NCBI GenBank assembly: GCA_013115145.1
Contig: JAAPAO010000085.1
Coordinates: 1-64,000, forward strand
Source of the DNA: Perkinsus chesapeaki ATCC PRA-425
Lineage: Eukaryota > Protista > Perkinsozoa
Direction: 5' to 3'
DNA: 64,000 nucleotides
Numbering within the stretch: the stretch's first letter is position 1; every line of letters starts with the position of its first letter. The notes beneath the pieces are model-generated. The model had not been told where the DNA came from, did not search any database, and was given only the letters and a program-made list of their open reading frames with translations. Positions 36,401 to 48,651 of this stretch are shown here, in pieces. The translations under genes were made by a program, and so were the position numbers.

Positions 36401-39400
36401 GGGTAGGTTAGCATCCTCAAACTACCGCCTGACATGTTGTCTATCAGAATCGTCGTGGTGGATCTGCCATTACCATCAACGCTCCTGGCGTGGACTTTGA
36501 CGGCTCCTGGGGTAGCTGCTATTTTTCCAACTATAATCCCTCGAATTGTCCACTAGGTGCACCAGCAGGCTTTATTGGTGGCCGACAGGGCCGTAGAAGA
36601 CCGGACCTCGGCGGTGACTGGGCATCGACCTCTAGTGTGAGGACAGCTGCTCAATCACCCAATGGTGGTATGAATACCCTTGCTCGTCGTGGTGCGGGAC
36701 TCTCTCCTGCGGCACTAGACTCTCTTAATCTAGGCCTCCAATCCCCTTTACGTAAGCAGTTCTCATGTACAATAGATGAGGATCCTTCTTTATTAGGTAT
36801 CGTCAGTGGTAGAGGTTTCCCATCGTCTGGTACCGGTGGTGGACAGGCTATTGATAGGACTTGGTTACAGAGTCCCCTACAGACTGAGGACATCGCTCAT
36901 ATGTATTTTAAACCACATGCTGCTCCACCCTTTACATTACCTCTTCAGGTACAGCAATGGTAGCTGCTCATCCCTGGTGCCTGCTGGAGCTCGCTCAACC
37001 AGTGGTCAAGGGCTAGCTGATGGAGCACAGAACCTACTGAGGTTGCTCTTTATGAGGTCAGGCTTGTCATTACTATCATTTAACATAACTCCATTATAGA
37101 TACCAACCGTTACGTCCTTTGGTGGATAAGACTATCTTCAATGTGTGTCTAGAGCCTAAGCTAGAGGATGCTGTCCTGCAAGCGTTGGTACAGGCATTAC
37201 TGTCTTTAGCATGTGATGATAGGCTTATTGTACTTATCACATCTACTCCATTGTTATAGGTTCGAGTAATCGTCGACATGGTCACAGCGTCCATGGATGG
37301 TCATTTGTTGTTGAGGGTGGTGATGGATCTATCGGAAAGTCTACAACTGGAGCATCATCTAATGATGATGAGAATGAGACCTTCCCTCCATGGTATCTCT
37401 ATGAGCCTCCAATGCCATCACCACCCACTGCGAGATCAGCTGGTACCACCAGTCCTGATCCAAATGTAACCTGCTCGATTGTTGTAATAACTTTACCATC
37501 TTAGCTTACCTTAGGCACCAGCTGCATCATCAGCTGTAACAGCCTCCCCAACGGTTAGAGCATTGGCTAGATCAGTTGGCTGTGGCAGAGTCTTGAATGC
37601 TATAAGCTTTTTGGTCTCTACTATACCCAGAACACGGCAATGGTTTGCCTCGCCGAGCATGTAGCCCAATCATTTAACGCCAGCCATAACCTTCATCCAG
37701 GACAAACAACGCTCTACTGCAGAGGACATCCTCAACGACCATTTCAAAGACAGTCAGCAGTCCCTCTCCTAAGCGTGCTTCAACATCTGGTGTTAAACGG
37801 CGTAGAAGTAAGAAGCTGATAACGAGGTGTGCTTTCTATACTTCATCACCCCCTTTTAGGTTCTATAACTACAATGGAGCCTTCTGATGCCACTGAGGTT
37901 CGTAGATCACGTCGACTTCTTTCTCGTACAGAGTCAGCAACTGACCCTTCTGAGGGAAGCGGCTCAGCAAGGAAACTCCAGCGAACCAAGTCCGTTGGAG
38001 GAAAGGAAGCCGGTAAATCGACAATGGTGACTTCTGGTGAGGCTGAGATGGGCTCTGCTCCCTCGGCAAACCATTCACAGCAGAAAGCCAACAGATCATC
38101 TCAACCGATTCTAGTGGCTCCAGTGAATGTTGTGGTAGGAAGACTGAAAGAGATGGATGATGGTACCTGTATTGTTTAATTCAGGTTCAGCTTTTGGGAT
38201 CACCATTATTACGGTCATCACCAGCCCACACATTATTCCTTGTCACTGTGCTTGTATCGATGCTAACACTACCAACTCATACAGGGAAGGCTAATACGCA
38301 TCATGCGGCCAACCATAATGCCACCGCGGCTCTTCCTGCTCCTCCTCCACCACCACCGCCTCCAGCTAGTACAGCTGCGCAGCATCCAACACCTACTTCT
38401 ACAGCGACTGCTTCTGCTGCTGCAGCAGCTGAGGTGCCCAAGCCAGCAACAGCTGCTAGTAGTCCCAAGAAGGCTGCTAAGACAACTAATGATATAATAC
38501 GCATGTAGCCAGTCTTCAACTAGAGCTCCTCCTACCTTTATTCCTCCTAGGCACGTCCGTCATCTACAGAGAGCTGTGTCGGGCAGCTCTGTGAGCGCCT
38601 TGTGTGCATTCTTGGCAAATGATAACCCCATTAGTGGATGCCAGGTCAACAGTACAGAGCTTGATAAGGCATTAGCCAAGACGAGTAGGCCGCTGCCGCC
38701 GCCTCATTGTAGCCACTCCACCATCGTTCGTCTTTGTTAGGCTCACTCATTCAAGCATTGGCTAGCACTGGTGACCGTCATAAGATGGTTATACGAAAAC
38801 AGCTGCTTATTCACGTCCGACAGCTATCCAGCAAAGTATCCAGTATGTTAATGGACTTGGCAGAAGGCCGAACATCACCAGAGGAGCACACTGAACAACA
38901 GCCATCAACGGCAATCAATGACACTTCTAGTGGAATATTGCTGATGACGTCCAAGAGGCTTCTCCGTGTTGTACAATGCTGGAGCGATGCGTACGGCTTC
39001 AAGCCTCATGTGTTATTGGACTTCGCCACCTTTCAGTCTCCTTCCGAAGGGCAGCACTCTCACCCCTGAGGCAGAGGAGGCAGCTGAGAAGGAATTTGAT
39101 GAGTTCTTAGTTGAAGCTCATGTTGAGGACCTCTGGCCAGGATTGGACAAGGCTCTGACCAAGTAGCCCCCTCCACTTTATGGTCTGTAGCAGCTTTATT
39201 ATTAGTAGATACGACAATGACCCGAAGGTGCTCGAGTCTCAGCTTGCATCGGTGTCAAGAGCTCAAGCAGCATTACAGGCAAGGAGGGAGAATGAAGAGA
39301 GGCATCGTCAACAGCAACAACAATATGCAAGAACAAGCAGTACACGGAATCCAATATCACCACACCACGATTCGTTGGATAGAGTAGAAAGGCCAGAGAG

Positions 39401-41606
39401 GGCCCAACCATCTCAGCAGCAGCAAGAGCAAGGCAGCGGCGGTAGGCTGTACCCTTCACTACCATTTAGTATTATCATTCAGGTGCTGCTCCCGGCCAAA
39501 GGCCCACCAACAGGCATTTGCCTTCGGGTTTGACATCCCTACTACCGGTCATTGAGCTCTACCTCATAGCGATGTTACCGACTAAGTCTGATAGACTCAA
39601 GGTTGCATCAGCACGTCGGGGAATGGTAAAAGTTCTAGAGGCGTCAATATCGGAATATTCATCTTTTTCAGGCGAACAATAACGGTGCTACTTCTCCAAG
39701 GGCAGGGGGCCTTCCAAAGACACCTTCAGCGTCTAGTAAGGCCGAGCCCTCTACTGCAGCTCGACCAGAAGATCACGACCCGAGGCACCAGGAGCTCTCA
39801 CGTCAAGGTGAGTGCTCACTGATGTCACGTGTCTGGTCATCTGCGTGTTATTAGCACGTGCTGTGGCAAGCTTTTGTGAGTCCCATAGAAGGCCTTTGAA
39901 TGCTCTCATCAAGAACCAGCCATCACACCTTCTACGAGCCCTTAACCCAATAGTGTATGCTGCTCCTCAAGTAAGGTAAACAATTAAGCCCGATGGAATA
40001 GTCTTTATGTAGGCGCTCGACTTTGATAATAAGCGTCAGTTCTTCCGATCAAAGCTGAAAGAACAATCACGAAGAGCTGGTCACATGTGAGCATTGATCC
40101 AAGCAGCTCTTAACCATATTCCTCCTGGCAGGTCTGGCCCACCGATACGTCTCCATGTCCGACGACACGAGGTGTTTGTTGATAGCTATCATCAGCTGCA
40201 GCATAGAAAGAAGAGTGAGATGATGAATAAGATCATCGTAGGCGTATCCTCAAAAAGCCTGACTCATCTTCATTGCTTTTGGATAGGTTCAATTCGTTGG
40301 AGAGGAGGGTGTCGATGCTGGTGGGTTAGTTCGAGAATGGTTTGGTATACTAGCAAGGGAGATCTTCAATCCCAACTATGCACTCTTCTTACCAGCTAAT
40401 GGAAGGCCTAGTACATTCCTTATCAATCCAGCTTCGTACGGATACAACAGTGTGTCGGGCCATTCCCAGAGTCTTTCAGGAGTGTTAACCCCGACCATCT
40501 GTCATTCTTCCGATTCTGCGGCCGTATTATTGGAAAGGCTATCTACGAGAATCAGCGCCTGGATTGCTACTTCGTTCGAAGTATAGAGCATGTCATTGAT
40601 GTTATCCTTATACCTTCGTTCAGGCTTCTATAAGCATATGCTGGGACGACCTGTTACTTGGCATGATATGGAGGCGATGGATCCGGACTACTATAGGAAC
40701 CTCAAATGGATTCTCGAGGTAACCTCAGAAGTTAGTGCTAGATAATGATTGAGTATTCTCAGTGCCAAGATGATGAGATGTTGAAGGCATTAGATCTGAC
40801 CTTCACTATTGAGGAGAGTGACTTTGGCAAGACTAATGTTGTCGAGCTGGTAAGCCAACATTATATGAGACTACATCGTGTTAATGAACCTCTTAGATAC
40901 CAAACGGCAGCAACACGCCTGTTACGCAACAGAACAAGCATGAGTATGTCCAGAAGGTTTGTGAGCATAAGATGACTTCGGGTATTCAAGATCAGCTCAA
41001 TGCCTTCCTTGAGGGCTTCCATGAGCTGGTAAGCATCATCATCATAATCACCGTTATGATGTGTATTATTATTCAGATACCAGCTGATCTTGTTGGTACA
41101 TTGTTTGATGATAAGGAATTAGAGCTGCTTATTGCTGGTCTTCCTACTATAGATGTGGAAGATCTCAAACGCAATACTGAATACGTAAACTATAGCAGCC
41201 AAGACCCTCAAATCAAATGGTTCTGGAGTGAGTTGCTCGTGTTTGCCGCTGCACTGTTATCGCTCGTCTCAGAATGCCTCGAGGAGGATTTCACTGAAGA
41301 TGAAATGGCTTGGTTCTTGCAGTTTGTAACGGGCTCAACTCAGGTAAGACCTACGCTTAGACTTGTTCAAATCTCTGTGAATGATTACCACCACAGGTGC
41401 CTCTAGAAGGGTTCCAAGCTCTTACTGGCATGCGAGGGCCTCAAAAGTTTAGCATCCATAAGGCGCCTGGCGATAAGACACGGCTGCCGAGTGCACACAC
41501 TTGCTTTAACCAGCTTGATTTACCTGACTATGATACTGAAGAAGTTCTGAAGACGAAGCTTAAACAAGCTGTCTGTGAGGCACATGAAGGATTTGGATTT
41601 GTATAA
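24482..41606 (+). CDS. Giant HECT E3 ubiquitin ligase, HUWE1/Tom1/UPL1-like, many introns
   Basis: Helical N-terminal region, long Asp/Glu tract, UBM-like repeats ([19 protein letters not shown]; [15 protein letters not shown]) and a C-terminal HECT domain ([23 protein letters not shown]...[43 protein letters not shown]...EAHEGFGFV stop) with the catalytic Cys. Confidence 0.92.
32900..34165 (+). repeat. GAT/GAG-rich low-complexity tract encoding the acidic region of the HECT ligase
   Basis: Dense (GAT)n/(GAG)n runs; plus-frame translations are poly-D/E. Long antisense ORFs here are artefacts of the repeat. Confidence 0.85.
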
Positions 41607-42043
41607 TCCTTGAATATGTTCTTAACGTCAATGCAATATGATATGTGGCATCAGCGCCACCAATATCTACCACCACTTCCATTAATATCATCATCGTAAT
41701 AGTTTCCCTATTTTTCGTCTCAAGTCGCAAGTGTTTCGTTACACTGTCAATCATCGTTACCGACCCGATGATAACGATTTGCCGATTCTGTTAGATATCT
41801 GCGTATTTGTCGTTGTTGGGAATTGCTCGCTGACTTTATTTGCCAAACACCTGGTAGTCAACGAGGAATAACTCAAGTAGCTACTCTTTACGGTGAAGGG
41901 CAAGCCGGACAAAGAACCTTGGCTAGCCGGCGATGCCTCTATCTATCCTTTGCAACCAAAATTCAGTCTTTTCATTCTCGTGAAGGAGATACTTTAGTAA
42001 TAATAGAGGCATTAGTTGATAGTTCATCGCATATAGTTCTCTA

Positions 42044-42606
42044 ATGCTTCTCCCATCCCACGTCGAGGCCCTCGGTTGTATGATGGTTGAGAGGCTCTGG
42101 AAGGATTCGATGTCAATCGGTCCACTACCAGAGTTAATGAGTGATATTATGGCCTTTACTCCTAAACCTACGCTAACCTTGGATTGCCCTATGGAAAATT
42201 GTTCCTAGAAACCGACTACTACAGTATATCCATATATATATATACTATTGTCGTAGGAAACCTTGTATGATGTTCCACGTTCTATGTGGCGTATATATGA
42301 TGAGGTAATCATTTGTTCGTTGGTATCCAACGGACGCGAGCTGAGGTTCAAGGCTCATTTAAAGTTATCTACATGAATACTGAGTTTGATGAGAACCCGA
42401 GAGTAATCTGGTCTACCTATGATGCAGCTGCTGTACTAGCTTATCTCTCTGTGGTATCCGTTAATCCTGTGGTGACGATATTGTGTGTGAAGCACGACGA
42501 AGCTTGTGGTATCATACGGTCTGATGGGAAAGAGGCGCTCGTCGAGCGCATGCGTCAACCTTATGTCACGGTGTACATGCGTACGATAATCGGGGGGAGC
42601 TGCTGA
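42044..42606 (+). pseudogene. F-box-like family pseudogene (type A): 5' cassette with ATG preserved, then frameshift and internal deletion
   Basis: 42044-42200 is near-identical to the 5' cassette of 47665. The frame breaks just after CPME. 42313-42480 (FVGIQ...FKVIYMN...RVIWSTY) aligns to the middle of 51496-52002. Confidence 0.8.
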
Positions 42607-42723
42607 AGGCGGTTGAGACTTTTACTGGAGGTCTAAGAGTTTCAGGCTCGTTACTGCAGGGAGTCTGAGTGTCTCATTGATTTCGTCCCGCCCTCCACTC
42701 CCTCACAATTGTTTGAAAGAGAG

Positions 42724-42789
42724 GTCAAGATGGTTGTCGCTCGTCTCCGCTGGGACTCACTCTGTCAAGATGGTTGTCGCTCGTCTCCG
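42724..42789 (+). repeat. 26-bp exact direct repeat GTCAAGATGGTTGTCGCTCGTCTCCG, two copies with a 40-bp period
   Basis: Copies at 42724-42749 and 42764-42789. Confidence 0.9.
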
Positions 42790-43454
42790 TTGCTCACCGC
42801 CCAACGTAGTTTGAGACGGACATGGGCTGAACCATCAAGGAGTGTATCCTCTACCAACTTGGTAGTACCAAGACCTCCACCCCGCATACGGCCAGATTAG
42901 TTCTAGATAGGTCTTCTCCTATAGTGGAGTTTACGTCCAAACCGTCATCAACTGGAGTGCGTCCCAGTATCCGCGAAACTAGAGCTGGTTAAGCTATCGA
43001 CGACAGTCGTTTGAAGGGGATGTCTCAGGTGCTCAATCTACCTGGAAAACACCTGTTGGGAGGTACTACAGGTAAGTCCGGTGGAATGTTCTCGTTAAGC
43101 GTAAGATAGATGTTACAAGTAGTCAGAGGCTTGTTCGTGACCTTCCATATCTGAACTGAGATCAATCTCTATGCACCATTACAACCAAACATAATTTGCA
43201 TTAACCAGTAGCATTGTGTTGGAGTATATCGTCACTCATTCTCCAGCGTATTAGACGCTGAATTGAGCTCTCGTTGTTCAATATGGTTACGCTTGTGCCA
43301 CTGTTATCGAGGACATTCTATTTGCGAGGTATTCACTCCCTGTACTGTGGGGGATTCCTCGATATCAAGCCATACGATATGTTGTAGCTCTTCAGGAATT
43401 ATTCATCGATCTTACCGTTGCTCTTGGTGGATGGCGCCTTTGCGTCACATCGAC

Positions 43455-43493
43455 TTGGGCGCGCGCGGGTAGGGCCCCGTATGCGCGCCCCAA
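43455..43493. other. GC-rich hairpin
   Basis: GGGCGCGC (43457-43464) pairs with GCGCGCCC (43483-43490). An inner stem GCGGG/CCCGT closes a short loop. Confidence 0.7.
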
Positions 43494-43711
43494 AAAACCA
43501 CGGAGTAACCTCACTGCAAAAATGTAGGACTGCGGAGCCGATTTCGCGATCTACCCAACACGTAATTGCAATACTATCTTGACACAGCTTTGTGTATACC
43601 ATTTGCACACTACTGCAAGCCATCACATATCCTATCTTGTTTTGTTAACTCAATTATTCGTATCCTCTGCACGTAATCATTTCAGTTATTTGTTGTTGTT
43701 GTTGACAAAAA

Positions 43712-45818
43712 ATGCCAGTCCTGGGCAAAGACAGCACCGTTATGCAGGAGGTTTTAGAGCTGAAGACTATCAGCTATCACGATTTGCCTGATGACATGTC
43801 GGAAACCAGTGCAGCGACCATGGACGCCAAATTAATCGTCAGGTTGCTGAACTGTAAGGCGCCCGAAAAAGCGGTCAGGTAAGAATCACTTGTAGAAACT
43901 ACTGCCACGCATTCGTCTGTTAGGTTCAATAAGTTCGGTGGTGCGCAAGGTACCAATCCGAACAAGAAGGTTATGGTGGAGCAGTGTTACCATCGTTGGG
44001 TGCTCTGCTACGATATTCTGACCGGCGAACCTGTAATAACGTATAGTGTTGGGTAGTAGTAATTTGATATCTTCAGGTGGTCGTTATCACCCACGATGCG
44101 AAGGAGAGCCACCAGCTCTTGACATTCGTCGGTGACCTCTACCCAGGGGCGACAGCAGCTTTGGTCGAACCAGAGACAGTTGGTGTCTTGGATAACGGCC
44201 TAAAGTTGCTGTCGTCCCCTGATAGGTTGGTACCTATCAAGGTTGAAGAGGTCACGACGGAGATTCCAAGTGGGATAGAACATTTTACTCGATATCGAGT
44301 ATATAATCTCCACTTGGAGAGTCTTGAGCTGGTGAGGGCCACAATCCTCAACGATATCTGTCCTGGTATACTTTGTGACGCCCAAAGTGCACCAGGAGGA
44401 AAACGTTGTGGATGTGTGTCAAACAGTGGGAAGAGTGATCGATGGGCAATCCAGCTTGGCTTTACTACACCAAGTCTGAACCATCCCATTGCGATTGTCT
44501 CCCACCGTCTGACTGCCCTTTTCGTGGATGAAAAAGCATCTGAGGTAAAATGACTTCGTTCTTCCGATTATTTCATCATTTTCTTGTAGGGTATTTGTCG
44601 TTGGAGTGCACGGCAGCTACGGCCGACAATTAAGCAAGTATTAACCTATATTTGCAATCATGGCGGATTCGTAGCAACGGCTTGGGTGGAACCCGGGAGG
44701 CAGGCTGCAGTTGGTGATGAGGTTGATGCCATCACAGAGTCTAAACTTCACGTTTGCTCTCTGCGGCCTTCCAATCCCGAGGTTATTAACGTCACCAAGG
44801 ATATGAGGTAAGATATTCCACATTTTGTAATAGTATCTTCTTATTCACAGGATGAAGCTGGTTGTCCAAGATCCTAACAACCTCAACATCCAAGCCGCCC
44901 AAATCCAAGGACCACAACGACAAGGAACACAACCGGTAGGCTTTGGTATAACATGAGTTTTTCGTCACGCCCCATAATGCTTCCGACACTACTGCGTATG
45001 TTTTTAGGTTAATGTACCGCCTTTACCACCACAACAGCAAAAACCAGTTCCACCACCGCCACAACTGGTTTTACCACAACAACAACCACAACCGGTACAA
45101 CAACAACCACAACCCGTACAACAACAACAACAAAAACAACCACCACAACCACAACAACCAGTTCTGCCACCACAGCAACCAAATCCACCACCACAACAAC
45201 CAGTTCTGCTACCACAACCGCTACAACAACCACTGCCTCAACAACAACAACAACAACAACAAGCACTACCCCAACAGCAGCCACAACTTCAACATGATCA
45301 GCTACTACAATTATTACAACAACAAATGCTGCAAATTCAACAATTACAACAACAACTGGTACAGCAGCAACAACAAATGGCAGAGCAGCAACAACAACTG
45401 GCAGGGCAGCAACAACCTCAACCACCACAGCAACCACAACCACCACAAGAACAACAGGAGGAGCAGCGGCAACCACAACTACCGCATCATCAACAAGAGC
45501 AGCAACCTCAAGGGGAGAAGGTGGAAAAACAGCAAGAGATTCAAGAACCACAACAGAAGCAACAGCAGCAACACAGACAGAATGTTAGTAGGCAAGGAGG
45601 CGATCAAGGTGGACTTGTGGGCTCTGTAATGCGAACGATAATACGAGTTGGTGCTTATATTATTTCAGATATTCTGCCATCAAGAACCACCAGCGGTGCG
45701 TCGCCTCGCTGCTGAGGCCGCTGCTGCTCGTGCTGCTGCTGCCGATTCAGGACCAGCGAATGAAAATGCTGACCCTGCAGCTGCTGCGGAAGTAGAAAAC
45801 GAGAGTGACGACGAATGA
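43712..45818 (+). CDS. Hypothetical multi-exon protein: beta-rich domain with a CxGxxCD...CGC motif plus a long Gln/Pro-rich tail
   Basis: GT-AG splicing joins MPVLGKDSTV..., ...CYHRWVLCYDILTGEP, VVVITHDAKESHQLL...DICPGILCDAQSAPGGKRCGCVS..., ...LTYICNHGGFVATAWVEPGR...LHVCSLRPS, MKLVVQDPNN..., the Q/P tract and ...ENESDDE stop. Confidence 0.7.
45010..45570 (+). repeat. CAA/CCA/CAG-rich imperfect trinucleotide tract (poly-Gln/Pro coding)
   Basis: Visible (CAA)n runs; the spliced frame reads VNVPPLPPQQQKPV...QQQQ. Confidence 0.9.
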
Positions 45819-46208
45819 AAGACACTTATCAAGTCTTTCATAATTATAAGGCTTTAACCTATTCTCAACGTAAGTGAATTATTCCTAATAAATAGTAAAA
45901 CCTTTTTCGCAGATACCTAAATAGTAATCATCCCTTTACGCCGTAATGACGGAGATTTAGCTTTTAGATTCAAGTGATATGACTATTCCATGTGATCAAC
46001 TACTCCGCATGAAGTCCCTGTTGGGCGCGTCGTGTTTTTACTTCATTAGCGTTGTGTTTAGTAGCACTAAATTAGTTTATTAGTACAGTATTGTTTTTCC
46101 CTCAGTAGCGCTCATCTTTATTCGCCCTATGACATCCTTCCCCTTCAACTTTGCCGCATACCAAGGTTCAGATCTGAACTTCAAATCGAGGTATTTCAAA
46201 CAATCCAG

Positions 46209-46739
46209 ATGAGTCTGAGGCTGGAGGTCTTCTATATTAATTTAAATGATCCAAACCTTGACCTTGTCTCGATCTGGTCCTCTGAAGCCTCTGACGTTGG
46301 GGAGATCGTACCCGGTCGCTTCACCGTTATCTCTCATGAACCGCTCGATGCGAGGCTACATTATGATCATTCCACGAGAGGATATATTATGACTTCATTT
46401 ACTAAGTCTCAGTATTTGCCTGGTTTCACTTCGCATACTATAACAGTAAGTACACACTCGAGCGATTGGATCCACTTTCCAATAGCTGGCTCGACGTTCT
46501 GCCGCTATGGGGACTTTGGAAACTTCGTTCTGTGGGATTATAAAACTGCAAGTACACCACCAGTGATTTACGACTGTCAAGCAGACGCTCAGCAAGACAG
46601 GTCACTCTTTGCTTGCCCGGCAGCGTTCGACGGCACTGGGAAGATTTATTACGTTATCTCGCATAAAATTGAGGGAGTTTCTGACATGTACAAGTCGATA
46701 CGGTTAGTTCGGGCATTTATTCATCTGCCCTTGAAGTAG
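46209..46739 (+). pseudogene. F-box-like family (type B) C-terminal half only
   Basis: LEVFYINL...IWS...FPIAGSTFCRYGDFGNFVLWDYK...LFACPAAFDGTGKIYYV...SIRLVRAFIHL aligns with the C-half of 53769-54806. No N-terminal cassette is found upstream. Confidence 0.75.
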
Positions 46740-47664
46740 ATACATAGCAGTTAGTTTAATAAGTGAGTCTTAGTTTCTCTCATGTTATTGTCTTGGTTTT
46801 TGTGTTAAGTGTGGATCCACAAAATACTCTACAAAATACACTGTTTTAAATAGAGTGTAACCTCTGCCACTCCTAGTTCAAATCTGCATCGGCACTGAAG
46901 TTCTGAAAAGAGGGTTCACGAATCCAGCAAGGCCCGTGGGTTATCGAGCTCATCTGAGCATTCCTGTTTGTGATACTCACATCCCATAGTGGGTCGAATT
47001 TCCTGAAGATATTCAAAGTAAGGGTTTTTTATGTGTTTTCCGCTAACTCTCCTCAACTTCATCTGATCGTCACCACATTTAGCGCGGCGTTACGAAGGTA
47101 TCGATCGCTAACCCTCATCAACAACGCAATTTCCAGTATGCAACTACATGAGGGCAAACGTACACGGCTTATATACAGTGCAGCAAGCCCCACTGGTGCA
47201 GGTAGCTGAGATGTCACGAATTCTGACCTCTACCCCAGAGCGCCATCAAGTCCGCTGTTCGGTCACGCACGTGTGTGCTCATTTCGTTGCGTCACGGGGG
47301 CGGCAAAACACTACGAGGGCTCGTATCGCACCGGCTCCACCGTATCATTAGGCCTTAACAAGTGACCGGCAAATTCGCTCGCCTTTTTTTACTTTGAGGG
47401 GATGCCACCTCATGACCTGCCCCTTTCCATACCGCTGAAGGGTTTCCAGACGGGGTTCCGGCAGGATTGTATAGATACATCTGAGTTAAACCTTTCAGTG
47501 ACCGTTTCCGTAACAGAGCATCGTCGGCAGGAAGTTTCGATGAGTTAGCGTGATAGTATCTCCCTTTTAGAGACTCGAGGCTACATCCTACACTAATCAT
47601 CATGGCATAATGTAGATGCGCAATATTACCTTATCCATTGTCATAGTTACCAGTCTCGATTCTA

Positions 47665-48651
47665 ATGCTTCTACCATCCCATGTCGAGGCCCTCCGTTGT
47701 ATGATGGTTGAGAGGCTCTGGAAGGATTCGATGTCAATCGGTCCACTACCAGAGTTAATGGTTGATATTATGGCCTTTACTCCTAAACCTACACTAACCT
47801 TGGATTGCCCTATGGAAGAGATAGTTCTTAATATTGACAGGAAGCCTGACTTCATCTTCAACACGGGTAACGTCATATATGGCGTCTTTAAGAATGAAAA
47901 GTCCATACTTCTCCAAAGTATATCCCCTCCTGGTGAGGAGGCAACTCTAGCAGAGACACTAAACTGGAGAGGCACCTTCTACTATGATCCAGGCACGTCT
48001 CGTCTCTTCGTTCTACACGACAGAGGCGGCCCCTCACTCCTTGATTATGATGTTACTTCTGGCATGGCTCACAAAACCACAAGGTTGTCTGCTGTCCCAT
48101 CTACCCCTCATTGGCCAGATGAACTGCTCGTTATTGGCGGGCACGTTTTCTTAGTAAGAAAGTGGAGTAAGGCGCAGTCCGGAACCTTTCATGTGGAAGT
48201 ACTACATGTCGATCCGAGTGGGCATGTGCATGTCGCATGGCGAGCTCCACGACAAGCACAACTGACCAGCCTTCACTCGGTGGCCGAGGCTCCTTTGACA
48301 GTTAATATCATGTATAGAACGGGTGACACCTATCACTCTATTAGAATTGTTATGATAAGAGATGCATCCCCTACGGTATTCGAGTCGAGGCATCAAAACA
48401 ATATCTCTGCAGACCTTCTGCTACCCGGGCCAAACATTCATGTAATCACCTCTGGAACAAGCCGTTTCCTCGTCGATGATATGTTGAATAGATTATCGAA
48501 GGACTTTACCCTGCTAGAGGGTTTAACCTATATTGATTCGTTCCGTAGTAATGGTGTTTTCTATTTCCTTGTACTACGCGAAGAGTACGGGTATGAACAT
48601 TCCCCTACTACTGTTTATAGGTTACTCTGTCTTTACCCTTCCTTCCGCTAA
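47665..48651 (+). CDS. F-box-like family member (type A), intact, intronless
   Basis: 328 aa with the conserved cassette, TFYYDPGTSRLFVLHD..GPSLLDYDV and terminal YRLLCLYP. Confidence 0.85.
   Translation: MLLPSHVEALRCMMVERLWKDSMSIGPLPELMVDIMAFTPKPTLTLDCPMEEIVLNIDRKPDFIFNTGNVIYGVFKNEKSILLQSISPPGEEATLAETLNWRGTFYYDPGTSRLFVLHDRGGPSLLDYDVTSGMAHKTTRLSAVPSTPHWPDELLVIGGHVFLVRKWSKAQSGTFHVEVLHVDPSGHVHVAWRAPRQAQLTSLHSVAEAPLTVNIMYRTGDTYHSIRIVMIRDASPTVFESRHQNNISADLLLPGPNIHVITSGTSRFLVDDMLNRLSKDFTLLEGLTYIDSFRSNGVFYFLVLREEYGYEHSPTTVYRLLCLYPSFR

Noticed and set aside
42724-42789. Reverse complement of the 26-bp repeat resembles the Perkinsus spliced leader (CCATCTTG core)
   Set aside because: Only 11 of 16 positions match and the terminal CTCAAG is absent, so it is not supportable as a spliced-leader relic.
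43455-43493. Canonical Helitron 3' end
   Set aside because: No CTRR follows the hairpin on either strand and no Rep/helicase coding sequence is visible.
45009-45629. Val-rich (45009-45551, minus) and Asn/His-rich (45012-45629, plus) ORFs
   Set aside because: Alternative-frame artefacts of the CAA repeat. The splice-consistent frame is the Gln/Pro one.
47148-47603. Short ORFs between family members
   Set aside because: No homology to other sequence in the window and no domain signal.
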